Of a stretch of 64,000 nucleotides of DNA, positions 28,085 through 37,062 are shown piece after piece. Where the stretch lies: NCBI GenBank assembly GCA_015068565.1, contig SVKG01000001.1:2710-66709 (forward strand). The letters are read 5' to 3'. Origin of the DNA: Oscillospiraceae bacterium (GTDB lineage Bacteria > Bacillota > Clostridia > UMGS1810). Both the position numbers and the translations under genes were made by a program. The notes below the pieces were generated by a model. The model was not told the DNA's origin. It ran no database searches and worked only from the letters and a program-made list of their open reading frames with translations. Each line of letters starts with the position of its first letter. The stretch's first letter is position 1.

Positions 28085-28990
28085 TTGGTGGTATGTTTGA
28101 ATAGCGGTTATGTTTATAAATATAATAAAAACAATCATTCCCTGACACTGTCGGGTGTAGAGCATTTTAAGACTGCTGATACCTTTCTGTGCGGTCAGTG
28201 TTTCCGCTGGGACAGAGAGGACGACGGCAGTTTTACCGGCGTGGCGATGGGCAAAGTTATAAATATCAGAGAGACAGAGGACGGACTGGTACTTTCAAAT
28301 TGCGATGAGGATGATTTTTTAAACGTATGGCGCCCGTACCTTGACCTTGACACTGACTACGGCGCAATTAAAAAGGTGCTCTCTGCCGATGCACACCTTA
28401 AAAAGGCTGCCGAGTTCGGCGGCGGAATCCGTATACTTAATCAGGACCCGTTTGAGTGTCTGATTTCTTATATAATATCTACACAGAACAATATCCCGAG
28501 AATCAAAAAAATCATAAACACCCTGTGCCGTATGTACGGAGAGGTTATCTCCTTCGGCGACAGAGAATACCATACTTTTCCCGATTGCACAACAATCGCG
28601 TCACTTACCGAGAGTGACCTGTCTCCCCTTAATGCAGGGTATCGTGTACCGTATATCATAGACGGCGCAAAAAAAGTTGCTTCGGGTGAAATTGAACTTA
28701 ATAAACTCTTTGCTATGACAACCTCGTCGGCAAGAGATGAACTTATGAAAATAAAAGGCGTAGGCCCCAAGGTTGCAGATTGCACACTGCTGTTTTCTCT
28801 TAAAAAGAGAGATGCGTTCCCCGTGGATGTCTGGATGCAAAAGATAATGCGCAGTCTGTATCTTGGCGAGAGCGCTACGTTAAAGGAAATCAGTGCCTTC
28901 GGTGCTGAAAAATTCGGGGAGTTGAGCGGTATTGCACAGCAATATCTGTTTTACTATGCCCGTGAAAACGCTTTTAATCAAGAGAACTAA
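28085..28990 (+). CDS. HhH-GPD DNA glycosylase, 8-oxoguanine glycosylase (Ogg)-like
   Basis: 301 aa. HhH-GPD hallmark IKGVGPKVADCTLLFSL....FPVDVW. A non-ATG (TTG/GTG) start near 28085 is inferred. Confidence 0.7.
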   Translation: MVVCLNSGYVYKYNKNNHSLTLSGVEHFKTADTFLCGQCFRWDREDDGSFTGVAMGKVINIRETEDGLVLSNCDEDDFLNVWRPYLDLDTDYGAIKKVLSADAHLKKAAEFGGGIRILNQDPFECLISYIISTQNNIPRIKKIINTLCRMYGEVISFGDREYHTFPDCTTIASLTESDLSPLNAGYRVPYIIDGAKKVASGEIELNKLFAMTTSSARDELMKIKGVGPKVADCTLLFSLKKRDAFPVDVWMQKIMRSLYLGESATLKEISAFGAEKFGELSGIAQQYLFYYARENAFNQEN

Positions 28991-29104
28991 ACCAAATAGC
29001 GTGATTACAGTTGCAATGGCTTTGGACAGCATTGCGGATAATCTGTATCAACTTGCATATTTTGGTTAATAATATGTATATACTTATAAAAAAGGAGAAT
29101 TTTT

Positions 29105-30769
29105 GTGGCAAAAAAAGAGAAACTCAGGCTTATACCCCTGGGCGGTCTTAACGAGGTCGGCAAAAACCTTACTCTTTTGGAGTACGGCAACGAAATCCTT
29201 GTTATAGACTGCGGTATGGCTTTCCCCGATGAGGAGATGTTGGGAATAGACCTTGTTATCCCCGATTTTTCCTATCTTGTTAAGAATCAAAAGAAAGTTA
29301 AGGGCATAGTACTTACTCACGGTCACGAGGACCATATTGGTGCGATACCCTTCCTGCTTAAATTGGTAAACGTGCCAATCTACGGCACAAACCTCACATT
29401 GGGACTTGTTCAGAACAAACTGAAAGAGCACGGGATTCTGTCCTCTACAAAACTTGTTCGCAAAAACCCCGGCGACTTTTTCAGAGTGGGTGGCTTTGGT
29501 GTTGAATTCATACGCTCAAACCACTCTATTGCAGACGCGGTTGCTATTGCAATCACAACTCCCGTGGGTACAATCGTGCACACCGGTGACTTTAAGATTG
29601 ACTCCACCCCTATCGCCGGTGAGATGATAGACCTTACCCGTCTGGGTGAGTTGGGCAAAAAAGGTGTTCTTGCACTGATGAGTGACTCCACCAATGCCGA
29701 ACGCCCCGGTTTTACTATGTCTGAACGCTCTGTCGGTATTAAACTTGACGATGTGTTCAAGTCCACCAAGCAGCGGATAATTGTGGCAACTTTTGCATCC
29801 AACATACATAGGGTGCAGCAGATTATAACCGCCGCCCACAAGACAAACCGCAAGGTGGCGTTGTCTGGCAGGAGTATGATTAACGTACTCGATACTGCGA
29901 TAAATCTCGGATATATGAAGATTCCCGACAATATCTTAATTGATATTGACGATGTCAAGAAATACCGTCCCCACCAGATAGTTATAATCACCACAGGCAG
30001 TCAGGGAGAGACAATGAGTGCCCTGTACCGTATGGCATACTCCGACCACAGGAAGGTCGAGATTGTGTCGGGGGATTTGGTTATCATATCGGCAAACCCC
30101 ATACCGGGTAACGAAAAACTTGTTGCCAACGTAGTAAACGAACTTATGAAAAAAGGCGCAGACGTTATCCATGACCGCAGTGCGGAACTGCACGTTTCAG
30201 GCCACGCGTGTCAGGAAGAACTCAAAATTATGCTTGCTCTTACCAAGCCAAAGTATTTTATTCCGGTGCACGGAGAGTACAGTTTTTTGAAAACTCACGC
30301 CAACCTTGCTACCTATATGGGCATAAACAAGAAAAATGTGTTTATTATGGAAAACGGCAAAGTGCTGGAACTTACCAAGGACAGTGCCCGTATAAGCGGT
30401 GCTGTGCCGTCGGGTATAACTCTTGTTGACGGACTTGGCGTCGGCGATGTAGGCAATATCGTTTTGCGCGACAGAAAACGTCTTTCCGAGGACGGCGTAA
30501 TCATAGTGGTTATGTCAATATCTTCCGAAACGAACAGCCTTGTAGGTCAGCCGGAGATTATATCAAGAGGATTCGTGTATGTGCGTGAGTCAGGCGACCT
30601 TATGGCTCAAATCCGCGCCGTTGCGGCAGATTGTATAGCCGTATGCAACAAAAACAAAATCCGCGACTGGAACACTATTAAATCACATCTTAAAAACAAG
30701 ATTTCCGAGTGTCTGTTTACGGAAACCAAGCGCAATCCTATGATAATCCCTATCATTATGGATGTGTGA
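29105..30769 (+). CDS. rnj: ribonuclease J
   Basis: 554 aa, GTG start after AAGGAG. Metallo-beta-lactamase motif LTHGHEDHIGA, beta-CASP region and C-terminal domain. Confidence 0.9.
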   Translation: MAKKEKLRLIPLGGLNEVGKNLTLLEYGNEILVIDCGMAFPDEEMLGIDLVIPDFSYLVKNQKKVKGIVLTHGHEDHIGAIPFLLKLVNVPIYGTNLTLGLVQNKLKEHGILSSTKLVRKNPGDFFRVGGFGVEFIRSNHSIADAVAIAITTPVGTIVHTGDFKIDSTPIAGEMIDLTRLGELGKKGVLALMSDSTNAERPGFTMSERSVGIKLDDVFKSTKQRIIVATFASNIHRVQQIITAAHKTNRKVALSGRSMINVLDTAINLGYMKIPDNILIDIDDVKKYRPHQIVIITTGSQGETMSALYRMAYSDHRKVEIVSGDLVIISANPIPGNEKLVANVVNELMKKGADVIHDRSAELHVSGHACQEELKIMLALTKPKYFIPVHGEYSFLKTHANLATYMGINKKNVFIMENGKVLELTKDSARISGAVPSGITLVDGLGVGDVGNIVLRDRKRLSEDGVIIVVMSISSETNSLVGQPEIISRGFVYVRESGDLMAQIRAVAADCIAVCNKNKIRDWNTIKSHLKNKISECLFTETKRNPMIIPIIMDV

Positions 30770-30790
30770 TGTATAATACAAAAACCTTAA

Positions 30791-30821
30791 AAAGGTCGTA
30801 GTGAAATTCACTACGACCTTT
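30791..30821. terminator. perfect 14-bp hairpin after rnj (weak T-tract); overlaps the 3' end of the transposase remnant
   Basis: aaaggtcgtagtga (30791-30804), loop aat, tcactacgaccttt (30808-30821). Confidence 0.55.
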
Positions 30822-31215
30822 CGTCATTGTAAAAGCAATCCAATTCCCATTTTAATGGGTTTGTATCTATGTATTCCCATATTTTTCGGTAATCCTTTTC
30901 GCCACGGATAATGTGGTCGTGGAAAGAGCGTTGCCATATAGAATTACCTATTTCTTTTGTAACCATTGTTTTGAATGAACGAATTATGGTTTCTATGTTC
31001 TTTGTAGGGGACGATGCCCTCATCGTCCCGTAAAGAAATATAATTAAATGTATGTGATTTGGCATGATAACATATTTATCAACTGTTATATTTTCGTATT
31101 CGATATTTATGTTATTGATATATTTATCGCATATCAGCCCATAACTTGATATTTGATTTCCTGTTCCAGATTTTCAAACAATGGGGAACAGAAAAATTTT
31201 GATATTGATATTTCC
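30811..31215 (-). pseudogene. degenerate IS200/IS605-type Y1 (RayT-like) transposase gene
   Basis: The 84-aa ORF carries the C-terminal part (VIMPNHIHLI..WQRSFHDHIIR..Y..NP.KW). Upstream homologous-looking pieces (GNQISSYGLICDKYI.., KYQYQNF) lie in other frames and are cut by stops. The N-terminal core is missing. Confidence 0.6.
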
Positions 31216-31283
31216 AAATCATATTTTACAGTTGCTCAATAATTAACTCAAAAGAGGTGGCTTTCTTTAAAATTATTACACAT

Positions 31284-31315
31284 AAAAAGAGCCCATCGCA
31301 TAATGCAATGAGCCC
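31284..31315 (-). terminator. rho-independent terminator of rplL
   Basis: Minus-strand hairpin gggctcattgca-tta-tgcgatgggctc (with G-U pairs), followed by TTTTT. Confidence 0.7.
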
Positions 31316-31339
31316 TTAATTGTGTGGTGGCAGTAAAGA

Positions 31340-31714
31340 TTACTTCAACTCTACGGTTGCACCTGCTTCTTCCAAAGCAGCCTTCATCTTTTCAGCTTCT
31401 TCTTTTGCTACGCCCTCTTTAACTGTGCTGGGAGCACCGTCAACGAGGTCTTTTGCTTCTTTAAGACCGAGACCTGTAAGTTCTCTAACAGCCTTAACAA
31501 CTTTGAGTTTTGCGTCACCGGCGTTTGCGAGTACAACGTCAAAATCTGTCTTTTCAGCAGCGGCACCAGCACCGTCAGCTGCAACAGCGCCCATAACTGC
31601 TACGGGAGCAGCAGCGCTTACGCCGAATTCTTCTTCCATTGCTTTAACGAGTTCAGCAACTTCTAATAATTTAAGTTCTTTGATTTCTGCAATAATTGAT
31701 TCAATCTTGCTCAT
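31340..31714 (-). CDS. rplL: 50S ribosomal protein L7/L12
   Basis: 124 aa with the canonical sequence (..[17 protein letters not shown].., ..[19 protein letters not shown]..). Confidence 0.95.
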   Translation of the reverse strand: MSKIESIIAEIKELKLLEVAELVKAMEEEFGVSAAAPVAVMGAVAADGAGAAAEKTDFDVVLANAGDAKLKVVKAVRELTGLGLKEAKDLVDGAPSTVKEGVAKEEAEKMKAALEEAGATVELK

Positions 31715-31745
31715 GATATTAAACCTCCTGTTTAATTATTTTTAA

Positions 31746-32429
31746 TTATTCTTCTGTTTTTTCTTCTGCGGGAGTTTCCTCAGCAGGTGCTTCCTCTGCG
31801 GGAGCAGCCTCTTCTGCTGCGGGTGCTTCCTCTGCGGGAGCAACTTCCTCAGTTGCGGGAGCCTCGGCTGCGGGTGCTTCCTCTACGGGAGCAGTCTCCT
31901 CTGCTGCGGGGGCTTCCTTTGTAATATCAGCGGGTTCTACACCATTATCAACGAGGGCCTGTAATGTGCGTACCAAATCAGAGATAGGTGCATTAAGGCT
32001 ACCCATAATCTTAGCAATAAGAGTATCTCTTGAAGGAGTATTCGCAAGTGTCTTAACCTCGTCTAAACTGATAACTTTGCCGTCCAAAAATCCGGCTTTG
32101 ATTTCGATCTTGTCGTTCTTTTTAGCAAAATCAGAAATGATTTTAGCGGGAGCAACAGGGTCGGAATCGCTGATTGCCAGTGATGTGGGACCGTTGAGCA
32201 TTTCGTCGAGTTCTTCAAGACCTACTTCCTTAGCAGCAAATCTTGTGAGAGTGTTTTTAACAACTGTGTACTCAACACCTGCCTCGCGCAGTTTTCTGCG
32301 GAGTTCAGTATCCTCACTAACTGTCAAGCCTCTGTAATCAACAAGTACACCTGCCTGTGCTGCTTTGAGTTTTTCAATAAGAGCAGCAACGGTGACTTTT
32401 TTCTGTTCCAAAACTTTTTCGCTTGGCAT
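31746..32429 (-). CDS. rplJ: 50S ribosomal protein L10 with an approximately 60-aa Ala/Pro/Glu-rich C-terminal extension
   Basis: Start set to MPSEKVLEQKK (GGAGGTG RBS). The L10 core runs to ..LVRTLQALVDNG, followed by the tail EAPAAEE..APAEEAP..EEKTEE. Confidence 0.9.
   Translation of the reverse strand: MPSEKVLEQKKVTVAALIEKLKAAQAGVLVDYRGLTVSEDTELRRKLREAGVEYTVVKNTLTRFAAKEVGLEELDEMLNGPTSLAISDSDPVAPAKIISDFAKKNDKIEIKAGFLDGKVISLDEVKTLANTPSRDTLIAKIMGSLNAPISDLVRTLQALVDNGVEPADITKEAPAAEETAPVEEAPAAEAPATEEVAPAEEAPAAEEAAPAEEAPAEETPAEEKTEE
31749..31937 (-). repeat. coding low-complexity repeat (three copies of a 21-nt core) encoding the L10 acidic tail
   Basis: The core ggtgcttcctct[g/a]cgggagca occurs at 31786-31806, 31822-31842 and 31873-31893. 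It encodes APAEEAP or APVEEAP. Confidence 0.8.
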
Positions 32430-32658
32430 TGTTTCACCTCCTAAAACATTCATGTGCGAAGTATATCCGCATCGCGAAACTAAATTCGCTTTCATCCAAA
32501 AACAAAAGGTTCCGAACTTTTAAAAAGACCGGAACCCTAAAATAGCATAATAAATATGTTTAAGTTCCTCGGCAGGATTTACAGAAATAAATTTCAACCT
32601 GCTGTCTTTGGACAACGTATATACTGTATCATATAAAAATCAGTTTGTCAAGATAAAA
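32430..32658 (-). promoter_or_regulatory. rplJ (L10) leader with terminator-like attenuator hairpin
   Basis: 229-nt gap between rplA and rplJ. Minus-strand hairpin ggttccg..cggaacc (32508-32536) is followed by TTTTGTTTTT, about 70 nt upstream of the rplJ start. This resembles the Firmicute L10-leader arrangement. Confidence 0.55.
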
Positions 32659-33351
32659 TTAAGAAAGTTTACCGGGGTTAAGTTTGATGCCGGGGCCCAT
32701 TGTTGAAGCAACGGCAACACTTTTAAGGTACTGACCCTTTGCAGCGGCGGGTTTTGCTTTAATAATAGCACCCATCAATGCATTAAAGTTATCAGCAAGT
32801 TTTTCGGGACCGAAAGATTTCTTACCGATGGGGCAGTGGATAATGTTTGTTTTATCCAAACGGTACTCAATTTTACCTGCTTTGATGTCGGCGATTGCCT
32901 TGGCAACGTCAGGAGTTACTGTACCTGCCTTGGGGTTAGGCATCAAGCCCTTAGGACCGAGCACTCTACCGATTCTACCTACAACACCCATCATATCGGG
33001 AGTTGCAACTACAACATCAAAGTCAAACCAGTTTTCATTCTGGATTTTAGCAACGAGTTCCTCGCCGCCTGCATAATCAGCACCGGCTTCCTCAGCGATT
33101 TTTACGTTGTCGCCCTTGGCAAATACCAATACACGAACAGTCTTACCTGTACCGTGGGGCAATACGATAGCGCCGCGAACCTGCTGATCAGCGTGTCTTG
33201 AATCAACACCGAGTTTAACGTGAACTTCGATTGTTTCATCAAATTTAGCTTTCGCTGTCTTGACAACAAGGTCAAGAGCTTCGTTCAGTTCATAAAGTTT
33301 TGATTTTTCAATCAACTTTGCACTGTCCTGATAATTCTTACCTTTACGCAA
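32659..33351 (-). CDS. rplA: 50S ribosomal protein L1
   Basis: 230 aa, TTG start 7 nt after GAGGAGG. Canonical L1 sequence. Confidence 0.95.
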   Translation of the reverse strand: MRKGKNYQDSAKLIEKSKLYELNEALDLVVKTAKAKFDETIEVHVKLGVDSRHADQQVRGAIVLPHGTGKTVRVLVFAKGDNVKIAEEAGADYAGGEELVAKIQNENWFDFDVVVATPDMMGVVGRIGRVLGPKGLMPNPKAGTVTPDVAKAIADIKAGKIEYRLDKTNIIHCPIGKKSFGPEKLADNFNALMGAIIKAKPAAAKGQYLKSVAVASTMGPGIKLNPGKLS

Positions 33352-33443
33352 AATTTTTCCTCCTCATGTGGTTACACGGAATTTTAATTCCTCCCACTTT
33401 TATGCCCGGTTTGAGTCATCCCAAAACGGGGTACTGCTTAAAA

Positions 33444-33869
33444 TCAGTCTTCTACTACTACACCCATGCTTCTTGCAGTACCTGCAATCATGCTCATGGC
33501 TGCCTCAACACTTGCTGCGTTAAGGTCAGGCATTTTCTGCTCTGCAATCTGCTTAACTGCCTCTTTGCTGATAGTAGCGACTTTTGTTTTGTTCGGTACG
33601 CCCGAACCACTCTGGATTTTGCAAGCCTTCTTAATCAATACAGCCGCAGGGGGAGTCTTTGTGATGAAAGAGAATGATCTGTCCTGATATACTGTAATTA
33701 CAACAGGGATAACAAGACCTGCATCTTTCGCTGTCTTCTCATTGAACTCTTTACAGAACTGCATGATGTTTACACCGTGCTGACCAAGTGCAGGACCAAC
33801 AGGTGGTGCAGGAGTGGCTTTACCTGCTTCAATCTGAAGCTTAATGAAACCCATTACTTTTTGTGCCAT
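33444..33869 (-). CDS. rplK: 50S ribosomal protein L11
   Basis: 141 aa with the canonical sequence ([26 protein letters not shown]). Confidence 0.95.
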   Translation of the reverse strand: MAQKVMGFIKLQIEAGKATPAPPVGPALGQHGVNIMQFCKEFNEKTAKDAGLVIPVVITVYQDRSFSFITKTPPAAVLIKKACKIQSGSGVPNKTKVATISKEAVKQIAEQKMPDLNAASVEAAMSMIAGTARSMGVVVED

Positions 33870-33955
33870 TTTAAAAACACCTCCTTACAAACAAGATGTG
33901 GTCAGACAGACTGCTTAAACAGTCCTCCCACTATAATAAGCGGTTAACCCGATTA

Positions 33956-34471
33956 TTAAACAGACTTGATAAAGACAGTATCCACCTCGATGTTGGTAAC
34001 CTGTCCAAACACGTTAAGAGCAACCTTAACAGTTTTGTTTTCAGCGTCAAACTCAACAATCTTGCCGACCTGTCCTTCAAACGCTCCGCCGGAAATCTTA
34101 ACCGTATCGCCCACAGCAAACTCAGGCTTGGCCTCTTCGGAAATAAGTCCCATAGCCGCAACCTCATCGTCCTGCAACGGGATGGGCTTGGTGGTACCTA
34201 CAAAACCGGTTATACCGGTGGTATTTCTGACAACATACCATGTGTCGTCGTTCATTACCATTTTAATAAGTACGTATCCGGGGAAAATCTTTCTTGTAAC
34301 AATCTTTTCCTTACCGTTTTTCTCCTCAACTACATCTTCGGTAGGTACAAGTACCTCTAAAATGTAATCTTCAAGATGGCGGTTTTCTACTATTTTTTCT
34401 ATATTGGTCTTTACCTTATTCTCGTATCCTGAATAGGTGTGCACAACATACCATTTAGCGTTACTTGCCAT
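33956..34471 (-). CDS. nusG: transcription termination/antitermination factor NusG
   Basis: 171 aa with an NGN domain (WYVVHTYSGYENKV) and a KOW motif near the C-terminus. Confidence 0.95.
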   Translation of the reverse strand: MASNAKWYVVHTYSGYENKVKTNIEKIVENRHLEDYILEVLVPTEDVVEEKNGKEKIVTRKIFPGYVLIKMVMNDDTWYVVRNTTGITGFVGTTKPIPLQDDEVAAMGLISEEAKPEFAVGDTVKISGGAFEGQVGKIVEFDAENKTVKVALNVFGQVTNIEVDTVFIKSV

Positions 34472-34506
34472 AGTTATGAAGCTCTCCTCTCAACTTTCCG
34501 CCGGTA

Positions 34507-34737
34507 TTATTTTATAAAATTAAAAATACCAAACTGGAAAACAGCGTCAAGCACCCAGATGAATATGCCGATAATTACTACTGCGGCAATAACAACTGCG
34601 GTGTTGTTAACAACCTGCTTACGCGAAGGCCAGATAACCTTTTTCATCTCAGATTTAGATTCTCTGAAATATTTTGCAATAGCCTTGAAAGGGTTAAACT
34701 TTTTCTTGGCTGTGCTTGTCTCTGCCATACTGTTCAC
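34507..34737 (-). CDS. secE: preprotein translocase subunit SecE
   Basis: 76 aa with a single C-terminal TM helix. Conserved position between rpmG and nusG. Confidence 0.85.
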   Translation of the reverse strand: MNSMAETSTAKKKFNPFKAIAKYFRESKSEMKKVIWPSRKQVVNNTAVVIAAVVIIGIFIWVLDAVFQFGIFNFIK

Positions 34738-34787
34738 CTCTTTAACAGATTACTGCGGGGGACACCCGTCAGCAAAAAATTGGGAAA

Positions 34788-34937
34788 TTATTTTGTTTCC
34801 TTGTGCATTGTGTGTTCGCGACAGAAGCGGCAATATTTGTTCATTTCCAATCTGTCGGGATTGTTTTTCTTATTCTTCATGGTGTCGTAGTTTCTCTGTT
34901 TACATTTACTGCAAGCCAATGTTATTTTAACTCTCAT
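34788..34937 (-). CDS. rpmG: 50S ribosomal protein L33 (absent from the supplied ORF track because it is under 60 aa)
   Basis: Hand translation: [49 protein letters not shown]. Cys-x2-Cys pairs present. GGAGGTG RBS upstream. Confidence 0.9.
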   Translation of the reverse strand: MRVKITLACSKCKQRNYDTMKNKKNNPDRLEMNKYCRFCREHTMHKETK

Positions 34938-35171
34938 TGCTGTGCACCTCCTTCAATGATAAAGCACGTATTTATGCGTTAAATAATTTTATGCAACACA
35001 AATAAACCGATATTCGGCTTATATAGGATACCACACCGAAGGGACGATGTCAAGTAAAAAATTATTTTTTTTGAATAAGTTGGAAATGTTGAAAAATCCA
35101 ATATCTTATGATAGAATGATTTAGACGAACCCAACTCTTACCATTTTATATTATTTACAGGGGTGACCAGT

Positions 35172-36326
35172 ATGTCAGGCAAGAAAATATTTTCGGAAAT
35201 TGACTCCCTTTCGGATAAGTATATTAAAATCTGGGAGGATGTGAGCAATATAGAAAGTCCCACATCTTTCAAAGATGGGGTTGACAGGTGCGGAGAGTAT
35301 TTTGCCGACCTTGCCCGTCAAAAGGGGTTTGAGGTGGACTACTCCCGTCAGGAAGTGTCGGGGGATGCAATTTGCATCACTATGAACAGGGGCGCCAAAG
35401 GCGTACCCGTGGTATTCTCGGGACATATTGACACCGTTCACGCTGTCGGCTCTTTCGGCTCTCCTGCAACTAAAATTGTAGACGGCAAAATCTATGGGCC
35501 CGGTGTGTGCGATTGCAAAGGCGGTGTTGTGGCAGGTCTTATGGCTATGGAGTCACTGGCACAGGCAGGTTTTACGGACCGACCTGTAAAACTCATTATC
35601 CAGTCCGACGAAGAGGTCGGAAGTTCATACAGCAAAAAATCTACTATTAAATATATGTGCGACAACTCAAAGGACGCGGCAGTGTTTGTCAATCTTGAAC
35701 CATACAACAACGGGTTTGCCACTATGAGCCGCAAGGGTATCATCGGTTTTAATTTTGAAGTGACGGGCATAGAGGGGCACTCCTCCAAATGCGCCACCCT
35801 GGGCGCCAACGCAATTATCGATGCAGCCCATAAGATGATGGAACTTGACAAAATCAAAGACAACGACGGTATCACCTGCAATGTGGCTAAGGTACAGGGC
35901 GGAACACTTCGCAACATCATACCGGGCAAGTGCCGTTTTGAGACGGATTTCCGCTTTATGACCAACGAACAGTTTGAATATATCTGCAAGTTTGTCAAAG
36001 ACCTTGCTGCCACCGTACACGTAGAGGGTTGCAAATGCACCGTGAACGAGCCGGGCTCTCCCCGACCCGCCATGGAACTTACAGACTTTAACGTAAAGGC
36101 GTTTGAGAGGATGAATCAGGTGTTTGCAAAAAACGGTCTGCCCGAACTTAAAATGTTCCGCGGTCTTGGTGGCTCCGATGCTGCATATACAACACAAGAG
36201 GGTATCCCCACAATTGACTCTTTGGGTGTTGAGGGCGGATTCATCCACTCGGCTGATGAGTATGCAGTTCTCTCTTCCCTTGCCGAATGTGCAAAACGCC
36301 TTGTTGCCATTGCATTGGATTATTGA
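35172..36326 (+). CDS. M20 family metallopeptidase (carboxypeptidase G2 / glutamate carboxypeptidase-like)
   Basis: About 384 aa from ATG 35172. M20 metal-ligand context (GHIDTV, QSDEEVGS, GGSDA). Confidence 0.75.
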   Translation: MSGKKIFSEIDSLSDKYIKIWEDVSNIESPTSFKDGVDRCGEYFADLARQKGFEVDYSRQEVSGDAICITMNRGAKGVPVVFSGHIDTVHAVGSFGSPATKIVDGKIYGPGVCDCKGGVVAGLMAMESLAQAGFTDRPVKLIIQSDEEVGSSYSKKSTIKYMCDNSKDAAVFVNLEPYNNGFATMSRKGIIGFNFEVTGIEGHSSKCATLGANAIIDAAHKMMELDKIKDNDGITCNVAKVQGGTLRNIIPGKCRFETDFRFMTNEQFEYICKFVKDLAATVHVEGCKCTVNEPGSPRPAMELTDFNVKAFERMNQVFAKNGLPELKMFRGLGGSDAAYTTQEGIPTIDSLGVEGGFIHSADEYAVLSSLAECAKRLVAIALDY

Positions 36327-36350
36327 TTATAACCGGAAGGTGTATATAAT

Positions 36351-37010
36351 ATGAAGTTAAGTGAACGACTACTTAAAATAACAGAATTTGTCCGCGGTGC
36401 AACCGTAGTGGCAGATATAGGCACCGACCACGGGTATGTGCCTGTGTATTGTGTGCAGAATGGTCTCTGCGACAGAGCAATCGCCTGTGACATCAACGAG
36501 GGGCCTCTTGCCGCGGCAAGAGATCATATTGCGGACAGCGGACTGTCAGATGTTATAGACGCAAGGCTCTCCGACGGACTGGAAGCACTTGCTCCAAACG
36601 AGGCGGATACAATCGTTATCGCCGGTATGGGCGGTTTTTTAATCCGCGATATTCTTATCCGCGGTACAGAGGTAATTGGCTCCGACACCCGACTCATTCT
36701 GCAACCTATGGTGGCGGCAAAGGAACTCAGGGAGTACCTTGCAGACAACGGGTTTGAGATAGTCACTGAAAAACTTGCCCGAGAGGAAGATAAATTCTAC
36801 AATATTATGTATGTACAAAAAGGTGCATCTTCTCTCACGGAAAAAGAACTACTCCTCGGTAAGGGCATTGAAGACGACGAAAACTTCGGCGATTATGTCA
36901 CCTTCAATGTAAATGTGGTGAGCAAAATCATAAACGGTCTTAAAAAAAGCAAGGATAAAGACGGCGAGATTGCCCGATACGAGCATCTGCTTGAAATAAT
37001 AAAAGTATAA
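36351..37010 (+). CDS. trmK: tRNA (adenine22-N1)-methyltransferase TrmK-like
   Basis: 219 aa. N-terminal LSERL..I..FV....VADIGTDHGY.P and AGMGG motifs typical of TrmK. Confidence 0.75.
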   Translation: MKLSERLLKITEFVRGATVVADIGTDHGYVPVYCVQNGLCDRAIACDINEGPLAAARDHIADSGLSDVIDARLSDGLEALAPNEADTIVIAGMGGFLIRDILIRGTEVIGSDTRLILQPMVAAKELREYLADNGFEIVTEKLAREEDKFYNIMYVQKGASSLTEKELLLGKGIEDDENFGDYVTFNVNVVSKIINGLKKSKDKDGEIARYEHLLEIIKV

Positions 37011-37013
37011 ATA

Positions 37014-37050
37014 TAACCCCCTGCAAGTTTTCTTGCAGGGGGTTATTCTT
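37014..37050. terminator. bidirectional rho-independent terminator (trmK / symporter gene)
   Basis: 14-bp stem taaccccctgcaag (37014-37027) / cttgcagggggtta (37032-37045). Confidence 0.8.
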
Positions 37051-37062
37051 GTAATGCTCAGA

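Noticed and set aside
33352-33443. Possible L1-binding regulatory structure in the rplK-rplA spacer (palindrome ggaattaaaattcc)
   Set aside because: There is only a short AT-rich palindrome, and I could not establish a convincing mimic of the 23S L1-binding site by eye. The evidence is too weak to report as a feature.
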